From positions 21,882 to 85,881 of IMG/VR virus record IMGVR_UViG_3300048929_000179: a stretch of DNA of 64,000 nt. One strand, written 5' to 3'. Position numbers and translations under genes: made by a program. This document shows, piece after piece, positions 30,497 to 42,100 of the stretch. The notes below the pieces were generated by a model. The model saw only the letters and a list, made by a program, of their open reading frames with translations. It did not search any database and was not told the DNA's origin. This stretch comes from a virus. The stretch's first letter is position 1; every line of letters begins with the position of its first letter.

Positions 30497-31391
30497 TGTC
30501 TCTGATTTTCTCTAAAAGGGAATCGTAGTTATTTTGCTCATATAATTTTTCATATTTTCTATTCTCTGAAACTACATATTCATAAACTTCCTGTATCTGA
30601 GATGCAGAATATTTATTTTCTCTGTATAACTGATTATACATTTGTGCCAATCGACGATTTCCGTTTACTTTTTCAATATCCTTACTTACATATTTGAAAG
30701 ATTTATTATACTGTTTTTGATTTTTAGCAAACGTATCAATATAATCCTTATCTTCCGGTCTACCATACACGTTAGGGAGTTGCCTGATTTGATTTTCACC
30801 ATTTAATACAAAATCATCTTGTCTACTTATATATAGAAGTCCTTCAGTTTCAAGTATTTTGTTATACTCAATCACAGTTCTTTGAGATATATTGCTCTGC
30901 TTTGATATGTAATCAATTGTAAGATTTCCAACCACATGAGATTTTGAATCCCCATTATCTAAAAATACTGATATATTATTGTTTATGGTTCCGATAATAT
31001 AAATGAAATATTTTAGCAAAATAAAACTACTTACATTTTTAACATTCATCATCTTATGCATTTCATCTGATGTAACTGCTACATATAAATCCGAAGAGGT
31101 GTCCACCCATATGTTTGAGCAATCAAGCACATATGATTTTGTTTTCTTATTTTCATAATCCAGAAATATAATATCGTTTTCTATCAGTTCACGTATCCCA
31201 GTATCAAGTGACTGCACTGTGTATTTAGTAGCTGCAACATTACCGGACAAGTAATACATCAACTGGTCTGCCGATAAATATGGTTTCATTATGCCTTTTG
31301 CGGTAGACAAACTAAGCCCACAATACGCAGCCACAGCATACTGAGATAGTATAGAAGATGTTACTATTTTTTTATCCAGCAATACTAATAT
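30462..31391 (-). CDS. putative DNA-binding / replication-initiator-like protein
   Basis: ORF track; HTH-like LTIDYISKQSNISQRTVIEYNKIL; next to repeat-rich non-coding zone; probable ATA start. Confidence 0.4.
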   Translation of the reverse strand: MLVLLDKKIVTSSILSQYAVAAYCGLSLSTAKGIMKPYLSADQLMYYLSGNVAATKYTVQSLDTGIRELIENDIIFLDYENKKTKSYVLDCSNIWVDTSSDLYVAVTSDEMHKMMNVKNVSSFILLKYFIYIIGTINNNISVFLDNGDSKSHVVGNLTIDYISKQSNISQRTVIEYNKILETEGLLYISRQDDFVLNGENQIRQLPNVYGRPEDKDYIDTFAKNQKQYNKSFKYVSKDIEKVNGNRRLAQMYNQLYRENKYSASQIQEVYEYVVSENRKYEKLYEQNNYDSLLEKIRDIEIFKKYGIEI

Positions 31392-32072
31392 TTGATCACT
31401 TCCTTTCTTCATGGAGGTAATATGGGGGATAGATTTGTGCAAACATCGCGAATAATACATTTCTATCCTCCCAGAGTGCAAATTTCGTTCAATTTTTCCA
31501 TTCTATCCTAGAGACGTTTTGAAAAATTAGGTCAAAAAACGGATGAAATTTGCAGACAGTTAAATCTTCTATAAATAATAAATCATCTATGATATATTAT
31601 TGTCTCTAATTTGCACGTTTTGAAATTTAGTAAATTACCTCCATTTTAAGTTTGAAAATCACTGGGCAGAAAACGTCCATTTAAATATATAGTTTCATGC
31701 ATGAGTGGACATTTACTTCCCAGTCACTTCCAAAATCATAGGGAAGCAAACGTCCATTTTTTGGTATAAGGATAAAAGCATAATAATATTAGATAAAAGC
31801 ATAATAAAAGCATAATTGCTACGCTTTAACTTTTCAGTTAAATCTACGCAGATAAAAACATTTTTTCTTGTTTTATTTTTCCATCTTATTTTCATATTGG
31901 ATTATTAATCTGATATAAGCTTCAAGGCCTGTTTTAATTGGTATCGCCAAATACCGTTTATGTATAGTTACATATTATTCAGTAGAGTACCTGTCTGTAG
32001 ATATTGTTATCTTTGAATGTAATCATACCCCGTACACCTCCTTGATAAATTTTATTTCCATCTATTACATAC

Positions 32073-32119
32073 TCATAGTATATCACCCATATATCACCAT
32101 GTCAACAATTTTATTTCAA
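32073..32119 (-). promoter_or_regulatory. sigmaA promoter with upstream TTGAAATAAAAT box, driving the leftward arm
   Basis: Minus strand: TTGAAATAAAATTG-TTGACA-N17-TATACT. Confidence 0.8.
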
Positions 32120-33544
32120 TCTATTAAACTTATTTTTGCACCTATATTCTTGCCAGTGTATGGTACGGGTATATACATAAGAAGAATATAGTTGTTTGAC
32201 CGTCATATGATACTCATATTCCGTTCAAAATAGATTTAATGGATAAATGTGCCAATAAGAGTTAAAGTCGATTTACGTGGCCTATAACGCTTTGTGAGTA
32301 TTGGGATAATGTGGGAGTAGTAATTAGATGGGATATGAGATTTATATGGGTGATATATGTAGCAGCTATAGGTACAAATATTTTAACACATTTTATTTGG
32401 CTTATATATAGGAAGTGTTTGGTGCTGGAGATGTGATCCAGTAATATTTTATATCATTTTGCGTACAATTTAGTTTAATTTGGTAAAGTGAGTTGTATTA
32501 AAATTAAAACAGTCCGGGTTCGGGAGAGAGGTTAAAATTGTGATCTAAAACATAGAAGAAATGCTTGTTCTAATTACGTTTGTTGGGTGTATGAGTGGTG
32601 ATAATTCTGGGATAATTATAGAGCAGATCTGGTGGATAATGTAAAAAGTGGTCGGGTTCGGGAATATAGCTTATCTGTGGGATTTGTTGGGTATTTAAGT
32701 GGTCATTTTAAATTGTGTGAGGTGAGACACAATTCATTTTTTGGCTTAGACATGGGTACTCCCCGAAGGTATATCCGAAGTATTGGAGTAAATTTGATGG
32801 TAAGTTATCTGACAATAATGGGAAATTATAGGTGAGGTGTGAGTGGAACTGATAGGCTGCTTTTCACCTGAGATTAGTCCGGTTGAAATGTAAAATATCC
32901 CCCACCTATGGGATATGTTTCATTGTAAGGTGGTTTTCCACCATAAAAGAACGTTATATCTGGCTGAAATCAGGTGATAATATTGATAGTAATTCCTATT
33001 ATAGTGGTCAAAATATTGTATCAGGTGGATTGATAATGGCATGAATTGTCAGACACAGAAATTCGTTCGGATATATTTGGTTGTGCACAACTGAATTAAA
33101 TACTAATGTTGTAATTACAACGCTTTTGTTGTAAAAACAACGTAATTATCCATATTACTATACGACATATAATATATACTTATTCGCATACCTATCCACA
33201 TATTAATAGTTCAATAATGAACCACTTGATCCTCAATATATAATAGTATAAAATTAAATTTAGCACAATACATTCTCCTTGATCCACCAAATCCACTTCA
33301 ATCCCAACTCATAACCATATCTTATGTCTAACCATCTATCTATAATCACACTTAATAGTATAATAAGCATATAAGTCTACTCACAATCCACCACCACTAC
33401 CTAATATCATCATATCCATTTATAGATAACATCAATTTTATTTCAATCCATTGACTTCCTATTTGTCCCATGATATCATTAAGTCATGACAAACAAATGT
33501 TCTGTTATTCAGACACACCATATTGCAGCCACACGAGCCACGTA

Positions 33545-33751
33545 TCACTCTTTATCAATTGGTGCTATATCAATCATCAACTGACAATCAATAGCATTCA
33601 GTATCCTATTAGCTTCACTTACTCCGAATTGTTTCTTCCTCATAAGCTGATATATTCCTTGCCTACTCATTCCAAGCTTGTCGGCTATGAATTGATACTT
33701 GATACCTTTGCTTTCTATGTGACCATCTATAATGGTTGCTAACTCATTCAT
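33545..33751 (-). CDS. Cro/Xre-like HTH regulator
   Basis: GIKYQFIADKLGMSRQGIYQLMRK; divergent from the rightward promoter. Confidence 0.8.
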   Translation of the reverse strand: MNELATIIDGHIESKGIKYQFIADKLGMSRQGIYQLMRKKQFGVSEANRILNAIDCQLMIDIAPIDKE

Positions 33752-33839
33752 GACGTATATCTCCTTTCATTGGTAGTAAAGTAGTATATCACAATCAGAT
33801 ACGTAAGTAAATAATATTTGAAAAAAGAAATAAAAAGCA

Positions 33840-33868
33840 TTGACATATGTATATGAATATGATATACT
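33840..33868 (+). promoter_or_regulatory. sigmaA promoter starting the rightward early arm
   Basis: TTGACA-N17-TATACT with extended TG. Confidence 0.85.
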
Positions 33869-33930
33869 TATATCAGGTTAAGAGATACGAAATACATACA
33901 AACAAGTCAATCGAAATAGGAGGAAGTAAA

Positions 33931-35122
33931 ATGGAAAAGTTTAAAAAAGGAGCAGAATACAAACTACTTAGAAGAGGCGGGAACGACGCAAAAAGAACAT
34001 TCGAAGTATTGGGCATCAGTCATTCAGTTATGAAAATTCAGATCAAGATAATTGGTAGAGTTGAAGTTTTTGATTTAAAGGTTGACTATAAAGGAATTGA
34101 ATATATTAGCTTGGGTTGTGGCTTTCCAATGTATGAAAATCCCTCGGCAATTGACATTATAGAACAGGAGACAATAAAATGAAACAAAAGATTGAAGTTA
34201 TCTTAAAGGTTTTAAATAGCAAGGGTGTCACATGTAAATATATTGAATACGAATATGTTGAGCCTTTTATAAAGGTTACAAATTGTGGTTTATTAGACAG
34301 GTATAGCGTGGCAGATTATATTCGTAAAAATGGGTTCAACTGTGATATAGATTAATAAGGAGGACTTACAATGGCAGTATATGTGTGTCAGTTACCACAA
34401 AAGTATCAAAACGAAATAGTAGATAGGTGTAGAAAGATATTTGAGACACTTGGAGACTGGATAAACATGGAAGAAGAAATCGAAAATGTATTAAACTCCA
34501 AAGTATTAGACGTATCTGCAATAGACGCTAGCCGATATTTAAAATATTACAAACCTTTAACAGAAAAGAAATAGTAAAGGAGGATTCACACGATGGTAAT
34601 ATACATATGCCAGTTACCGCAAGCAATCCAAGACGAGATTGTAAAGAAGTGCAAGAAGGTATTCAAGTCACTTGCCTATCCCGTAAACATAGAAGAAGAA
34701 ATAGAAAACGTTCTTTGCTCTAAACTGTCCGATATTTCCGACACAATCGATATTAAGCCATATTTAAACATTAAGCCTTAACTCAAGTCTTACCCATAGA
34801 ACATCATGGGAGTGGGTGCAAATCCCACAAAGGCTAGTACAAACTAAATAAGGAGGTTTTAAAAATGATAGTAGAAGAAAAGAGAAAACGTGATTTTGCT
34901 GTTAGTTTAGATCAATTATTACAGGAGAATATTGATTGTTATATTGACGAGATGGGAGAGCCTATCCCATGCCCATATAATGAAGGCACTGTTTATAATT
35001 GGCTGATGGAGCAAAAAGACTATCACCTACTAACAACCACATACGTAAAAAACATGATTCATTTATTCATGACGGATTTTAAGGCAAGAATGGAGTACAT
35101 GCACAAAAACAATTTATTATAG
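33931..35122 (+). CDS. five small early genes (33931-34182, a 55-aa ORF near 34180-34345, 34371-34574, 34593-34781, 34865-35122)
   Basis: Each has a GGAGG-type RBS; 34371 and 34593 are tandem paralogues. Confidence 0.7.
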
Positions 35123-35268
35123 TAATAACGGTCTATCAGGGCGAGCCTGTAGCATCAAAGCAAATAGACTAATCATCAAGTGAAGTAACTTGTTCCACAC
35201 AACGGAAAAGAGTCCAACAGCTACCAACTGTCAGACTCAACCCAAATTACATATGGGAGGTGATATAA

Positions 35269-35370
35269 ATGCCCAAAGGCTACTTTGTTCCTTCCGGTTA
35301 CATGGGATTCCTTAATAATAGCTACCAACTATTTGCGACTGAATCCGAGTATCTGGAATACATAAGTTAA
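35269..35370 (+). CDS. 33-aa peptide MPKGYFVPSGYMGFLNNSYQLFATESEYLEYIS
   Basis: GGGAGGTG RBS; followed by hairpin GGTAGGGAG/CTCTCTACC. Confidence 0.7.
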   Translation: MPKGYFVPSGYMGFLNNSYQLFATESEYLEYIS

Positions 35371-35603
35371 TCACCAAATGGTAGGGAGTAAGTCTCTCTA
35401 CCTATCCCAGAAGAACATATGTGAAACGTGTAGATAATCTCAACATCATTCTATCACATTTCGCAGGATATTCAATCCTAAACGTATGTTTCCCATGTAA
35501 TTAGCAATCGCACCTTGAAAAGTGAATAGAAATGTATTAGAGTTTCATACTTAATGCGTGAGGCTGTTATATATGATATAATGGCGCACAGGAGGTGGAA
35601 ACG

Positions 35604-35813
35604 ATGATTAAATACTATAAGCTGTTTGACATTCTAAGGCGCAACAATATGACCGTTGAGCAGTTAAGAACCGACATTCAAGCGTCCAGTGCGACGATGA
35701 CCAAACTACGCAAGAATGAGAATGTATCCATTGACGTGATTGACCGCATATGCGATAGATTGGAATGTCAACCGGGAGACATAATGGAGTTCGAAAAATC
35801 TTTAAAAAGTTAA
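35604..35813 (+). CDS. Cro/C1-type HTH (HTH_26/YozG-like) regulator
   Basis: YKLFDILRRNNMT...TMTKLRKNENVSIDVIDRICDRLECQPGDIMEF. Confidence 0.9.
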   Translation: MIKYYKLFDILRRNNMTVEQLRTDIQASSATMTKLRKNENVSIDVIDRICDRLECQPGDIMEFEKSLKS

Positions 35814-35822
35814 AGAAAACAA

Positions 35823-35851
35823 TTGACATATTAAAGAATACATGATATAAT
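35823..35851 (+). promoter_or_regulatory. consensus sigmaA promoter
   Basis: TTGACA-N17-TATAAT with extended TG. Confidence 0.9.
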
Positions 35852-36588
35852 TGTATTATCAAAAGGAAATAGAAAAGGCGGCCACCGACACCGACCAAAG
35901 TATCAGACCACCTTTTCACACAACACTTGATAATACAAGCGCAATAATATTCTAATACATTTTTATTCGCTTTTCAAGTGCAATCGCACACCAATTTCCT
36001 TTAAGTAATTATCTCCAGTGATGAAACTGGAATCAAGTAGAACGGCTCACTAAAAACTGAATAAAGTGAACAACCGATTCTATACGGTTGAAACGTGAAG
36101 CGAAATAGAGCCTTCCATCTTTAAAGGTGTATAGGTTGAACCACATCGGCATATATTGCGGTCACTGGTTACGGGGCTTTTGAAAAAGTAGACACGTAAG
36201 AATATATAGAAGCCGTCAGCGAACAGATTATAGTTTGCATTACGGCATAGAAATAAATCTTCCAGAGGTAGAGACTGGAATCTATTTCAAACGAAAAACT
36301 TCTTAAAATCTAATACAATCTATGGTTATTTCTATTTTGGAAACAACCACCGTAACAACCCTATGAGTCATAGGTAACCAACAAATAACGGCAGACCGTA
36401 ACACAATTTTATTATCTATCATGCGAGCAAATATATAAATCAAACATATCTAAGACGTATGAAACGAACGATGATTAAGGCTCTTGGCAACTACTCATTA
36501 GGAGAGGCTCTGCTACACAATCCTTAATATATAGTGAATTTCTTATTTTGGAATCATTGGTTTATTGTTCGTATGAATACTTAATGAA

Positions 36589-37676
36589 ATGTATAATTAT
36601 AAAGAAAGGCGCATAAATATGAAAATTAAAAATGTAATTATCGTCACAGCACTTGTGACAAGTGCTTTTTTATTTGGCAGATTTGGAAATATGCACACCA
36701 TCAATATGAATCAGGTCACAGATATTCAAGTAAATGACAACGGAGCACAGATAACCTTATTAGACGGTACAGGATACTATTGGGAAAGATGACCAAATAT
36801 CCATTTCATTGAAAAGGAGAAATATAAAATATGAGAGATTTAAAAGAAATTTATCGCAAGTATGAAGTAAAAGCTAACAGCGTAGAAGATTTTCTAAAAA
36901 GATATACGAAACCTAGTAGAAACGAACAGAGATGTGCCGATTATCAAGAAGCAAGAATCGAATCTCATACGGAAGATTTAAACAAATACGGTTATACATT
37001 TATAACTCACCACGACAGCATAACAGGCGAATGTGTTAGCTATTATGGGACTGAAAAATAACAGTCAACACCAAATTTTACGGGCTTGTATTTGTCACAG
37101 GATACAAGCCTATTTTAGTAAAAGAAAACACTATCAATCGATTATTTGACAGGAGAGATAGAATGTATAAGGGGAAAAATATAGCTAAAGAAATTGCTAA
37201 TATGAAATATATTTATCAGCTCATTGTTAATGAAGGAAAAGAGGAATACAAAGACGAGTATATTTGTAGCTTTCAAATTGTAAGAAATTATAGCATTCAA
37301 AAAATACCGAACAAATACATTGAGCTTTATAGAAGGTTAGAAGGGATCAAATGAAACTATTCTTTTACAGTGAAAGGAAAACAATAATATGAATAAAACA
37401 GCAAGAACGCCAAACCATAGCGAATGGACGGAGGAAAGATATAAAGATTTTAATCTAAGAATAGACCATTTAAAAAACCATTCAAAATATGAGTGGTTAA
37501 GAGAATACGCTGATGATGCTATTAAATGGAATGAGTGCGCAGGACATTTAATGATTAAAGCAACCGATTTTATAGAACGAATTGAGAAAATGCCACTAGA
37601 TTATATAGAAGGTTGGCTAAATGGAGAAAATCAACTTGAATGGAAACCAGAGTTTAAGCAACAGAACAGCAAGTAA
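36589..37676 (+). CDS. four small hypothetical genes (36589/36620-36792, 36831-37061, 37163-37354, 37389-37676)
   Basis: ORF track; each ends at an arm-N6-arm site. Confidence 0.7.
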
Positions 37677-37750
37677 AATCAATATTTGACACGGACTGGA
37701 AACGGTCCTTTTATTTTACATAGAAATATTAAAAATATTCAAATATCTAG

Positions 37751-37779
37751 TTGACAATCATATACCTATATGATATACT
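37751..37779 (+). promoter_or_regulatory. sigmaA promoter
   Basis: TTGACA-N17-TATACT. Confidence 0.85.
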
Positions 37780-37802
37780 AATATTATCAAAGGAGGTAAG
37801 AA

Positions 37803-37982
37803 ATGGCAAAGAAAACTTTCGGAACCTCGATTGATGAAAAGATTATACAGGATTTCAAGGTAGCCTGTGCACAGAACAACATTCCAATGAATACTGCAAT
37901 GGAATTATTCATGAAAGCGTATGCTGAAGGCAGATTTAAAATTGATATCCAATATGAAATGAATCAATATGAGGAAAAATAA
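37803..37982 (+). CDS. 59-aa ribbon-helix-helix (ParG/Arc-like) regulator (not in ORF track)
   Basis: MAKKTFGTSIDEKIIQDFKVACAQNNIPMNTAMELFMKAYAEG; AAGGAGG RBS. Confidence 0.8.
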   Translation: MAKKTFGTSIDEKIIQDFKVACAQNNIPMNTAMELFMKAYAEGRFKIDIQYEMNQYEEK

Positions 37983-38326
37983 ATAGATGGCTGCTCACCG
38001 TCCAAAGTTAACAACCATCTATCACAGACACTTGAACAAAGTCAAAGTGCATAATTATAATACACTATCTAACGACTTATTTCAAGTCAGATTTCCCAAT
38101 TGATAAATAATTAAGGGTTGCAACACCTGGAACGGGCAACGCAAGTTATAGAGCGTTAAGGGAATGAAGCGAAATGTTCGTGAGATCTGTCAGAGATGAC
38201 AGCCGTTTGAATAGCCGTGAGGTCACGCCGAACTGAAAAAGTAGACATTCTAACAGGTTGAAATACCTATATAAATAACAGTCAAAACAAACTGATTGTA
38301 ATTTAAAGAAAAAGGAGATTTTAAGA

Positions 38327-39046
38327 ATGGAGAATGTTATAAAAATTAACGAAACAGATTTGCATGTAAAAATGTGGAGCGGTCAAAGAATGGTTACTTT
38401 ATCAGATATAGACAAAGTACACGATAGACCAACAGGCACAGCTAGAAGAAACTTCAACGAGAACAAAAATCATTTGAACTTAGATGAGGATTATATCGTA
38501 CGAAATTCGTACGAAGCAAAAACAGAATATAACATAGTGGCTCCCAACGGTTTGACGTTGTTAACTGAAAGTGGTTACTTACTCCTTGTAAAATCCTTTA
38601 CCGATGATTTAGCATGGGAAGTACAGAGGAAACTTGTAAACAGTTATTTCAAACTGCAAGAACTGGCTCCACAATCAATGGAAGTATTAGCGTTACAGAA
38701 ACACCTTGACGTTATGTTTGTTCAAATCAATAACATGGAATCCATGATTGAGAAACAGCTTGAAATATTCGAACAGACGAAAACACAGCTTGATAAGGTA
38801 ATGTCAAACATGACACTTACAACGGTTCAGCAGAACAAAATTCACCGACTTGCAAAAGATAGAGTAAGTTTTCTTTTAGGTGGTGCTCATTCGCCGGAAT
38901 ACAAGAGTAATTCCAGAATGTACTTCATCAATCTTTGGAACGGCTTAAAGGCACGTTTCGAATGTGGCAGCCATTGGCAGGACTTGAATCCAGCGGCATA
39001 TGATGGTGCCGTGAAATACGTCCAGAAATGGTCATATAGCGAATAA
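38327..39046 (+). CDS. ORF6N/ORF6C antirepressor-like protein
   Basis: GQRMVTLSDIDKVHDRPTGTARRNFNENK...EDY (ORF6N); C-terminal LTTVQQNKI...LWNGLKARF...YDGAVKYVQKW (ORF6C). Confidence 0.85.
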   Translation: MENVIKINETDLHVKMWSGQRMVTLSDIDKVHDRPTGTARRNFNENKNHLNLDEDYIVRNSYEAKTEYNIVAPNGLTLLTESGYLLLVKSFTDDLAWEVQRKLVNSYFKLQELAPQSMEVLALQKHLDVMFVQINNMESMIEKQLEIFEQTKTQLDKVMSNMTLTTVQQNKIHRLAKDRVSFLLGGAHSPEYKSNSRMYFINLWNGLKARFECGSHWQDLNPAAYDGAVKYVQKWSYSE

Positions 39047-39112
39047 TAAACAGGGCTTACACTTTTCATAGGGTGTGAGCCTTTTCTATTAAAAATAAGG
39101 AGGAGTTATAAT

Positions 39113-42100
39113 ATGAATAAATTATTTGAAGTATACACAGAGAACAAAACCACAAAGGAATTAGAAGAACTAAAACATTATTATGTCACCAATAAATCGG
39201 GCTGTAATTTTGAACAAGGAGCAAGGCTATGTATTGAAAAAGAGAACGAAAATATTCTAATTGAATTAGATTTACCTACACTTGACCTTAAAGAACAACT
39301 TGACGGGAAAGGGGGAAAGGTATACATGACAGCTTACGCATACACTGGAAAGCTTGAAGATTATGATTGCGAAAATGAAATTGATAGTAAATTCTTTGTT
39401 GGAGATTTAGCAAACGCAGAACAGATAATGTTAGAGTATGCATTGTCATTATAATACTGTCAAATAGTACTTTTATAAGGAGGTAGCAAAATGGGTTATC
39501 ATACACATAAAAACAGTTTTTTCTTATATGACAAAGAGAATGAAAGAAGATGGGAGTATTTTAAAACCACGGATAAGTATTTTAGCCAATACTCCGAATA
39601 TTTTAAAAGTTGCAACAAATGGATATCACCAACAAACACAACCGACGAAATTTGTAAAGAAGACTATTACGAAGCATTGTCGATTAATACAGAAGAACTA
39701 AGAAAAGCAATATAATATATTTATCTCCAGTTTGAAGCCATTGGACAGCGTTCCAGTGGCTTTTATAGTGGGAATAAACCAATTAAATTAAACGGAGGTA
39801 ATTATCATGAAAAGAGAATATAAAGTGTTTAAAGATGCAGTTGGGAAAACATTTGTAATATGGAGTGATATGATAAGAAGATGCTTATTTGCGGGAAGCG
39901 TAGGGGAATTAAGAGAGGTTGAAGTCGGATTTTTTGAAAGAGATAAGAATCAATTAGCTAACATTATGTCAGTGGCAAAGAGATATAAATAAAGGAAAGG
40001 TTATAGGTGATATTATGATTCAGATTAAAGCACATTATGGTGATTGGAAAGAAGTTACAGCAGAACAGGCAATTGATTTTTATAAAACATTTTGCAGTGG
40101 ATCAACTGCATTAAGCCAAGAAGAAAAGGAAAAAAGTTTTAATAAAGATCATATTGATGGAGCAACAATAAAAGCCATTTATAATAATGGAAGATTTGAG
40201 CCTAAACTAGAAACAGAAGAACAAAAGAATGAAAGGATGTTTTTACATTATAAACAAAGAATTATGTCAGGTGATAGACCAATTAAAAATACAACGCGTT
40301 TCAATGTAATAGAATATCTTTGTAGCTTTCCTAAAATCAACCCATATGAAATGGCAGCCAGCATATTAAAAGAAGGTTGGACAATAAATTATGATGATTC
40401 ATCTATTTGCATAAATGAAAATGAAATTAAGCGTAGAAGAGTAGAAAAATTATTGAAATTGCAGGAGGTATAGACAATGCGAAAAGTAACTTTTGTTATA
40501 GACGATGTGGCAAGCATGAGGGAATTATATAAGGACGATTTAACAGAAGAACTAACAAAAGACAAGGAATCATTCAAGGTTATATATTCACTCATAGGCA
40601 ATAAAGATCCTGATAGATATGAACTGCATGACATGAATGGAAATAAGCTGAATGTAAACGATTTAAACGGATACCAGAGGGGTTGTATTATTAATGATTG
40701 TTTCAAATACTTTTCTGGAAAAGGTAATTATTGTTTTGAAACTGCTAAACCTTTTGGAGTTATAAGTATAACAGAAAGTGAGGTATAAACTATGTTACCA
40801 TATATTAGAAGTAATACAGGATTTTACAATCATATTGCAGAGGAATATTTTACAGTTACATTACAGGCAAAAAACAAAGAAGAGCATGAAAAGTTACTCT
40901 TTTCTTTTTGTAAAAGATGGCAAAGAGAATTGACAGATGAAAATGTGCTCGCTTATTTTGTTGAGTCTGGAGAAATGGAACCGGACATGGTAGACGAATT
41001 CAGACAGTTTTATATTGAGAATGCGGAACCATTTCAGAAAGCAATTATCAACACAAAGTTGATTATAGGGAATAAATATACCCTTGTTTACATGAATGAA
41101 TTTGGCTTTCCTGTAGCTGATAAAATCGTGTTTAAAGGCGTTTCACCTTGCCAGTATGCACAATATACGGATGCGATTAGAATGACGGCTAGAAGGGCAA
41201 GAAAGCGCAGCAATGTGTACATTAATTTCTATGATTCCAGTCTTGCAATACATGAAGGTTGGAACGACTTACCGGAAGAAATTACACATGAAAAAATAGG
41301 GGATCACTTGAAGCAATCAAAGTATAGCTGTTTTGATGCCAGATACTTTGAAGATTGTGTTAAACATTTTGGGAAGCCAGTGGTCGAGTATAGAAACTTT
41401 AAAACAAGGGAATCAGATGGAAAAGTATTTGCATAGAACAGAACACGCTCAAAAGTAAGTTTTACGGACTTATAAAACAAGGAGGTTCTACGGTGGTAAA
41501 GTATTTAATTTATGATGATAAACTAAGCACAGATAATAATGTTGTGGTAAAAGATGAAAGTAAAAATATTTTTAATGATTTGCTTGTAGATGATGAAAAT
41601 TTCAAATGGAAACTACATGCAACCAGAATGTTAAAATATGGAACATATACAAAAACTACATGGATTCAACATGGAAGGTTTAGATTTGATATTGAATATT
41701 ATTCAGATCAACAATTTTTCTACATATTTTGTAGATATGACAATAACAACAGAGAATATAATAATGGAACCAACAGGACTGTAACGCTTAATCAAATAAA
41801 AGTGCATGGTAATGATAACTTAACCGTGTATAAAGTTATTGAACAGTGGAAAGAAGACTTTGTAAATGAAATCAAAGCAATATAACACAGTCAATTTGTA
41901 ATTCTACGCAGAAAGGAAAGATATCTTATGATAACAGAAACCATTAAAAGTGGCGTGTATAAATGTTTTGATGATGAAACATTATTATTAATTATTACGG
42001 ATTTAGGAAATAATATTTATAGAGCTGTCAATAAAGATACAGACATGACGGCGGAAATAATTAGATTAGAACCAGACAAAGTATCAATGAAAAGCATCGA

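Noticed and set aside
32632-32835. ORFs in the 31.7-33.5 kb zone (31713-, 32632+, 33470+)
   Set aside because: No RBS and low-complexity skewed sequence; more likely cis-acting DNA.
35328-35342. Second CTACCAA hairpin loop
   Set aside because: It lies inside the 33-aa ORF (S-Y-Q-L codons), so it is explained by coding.
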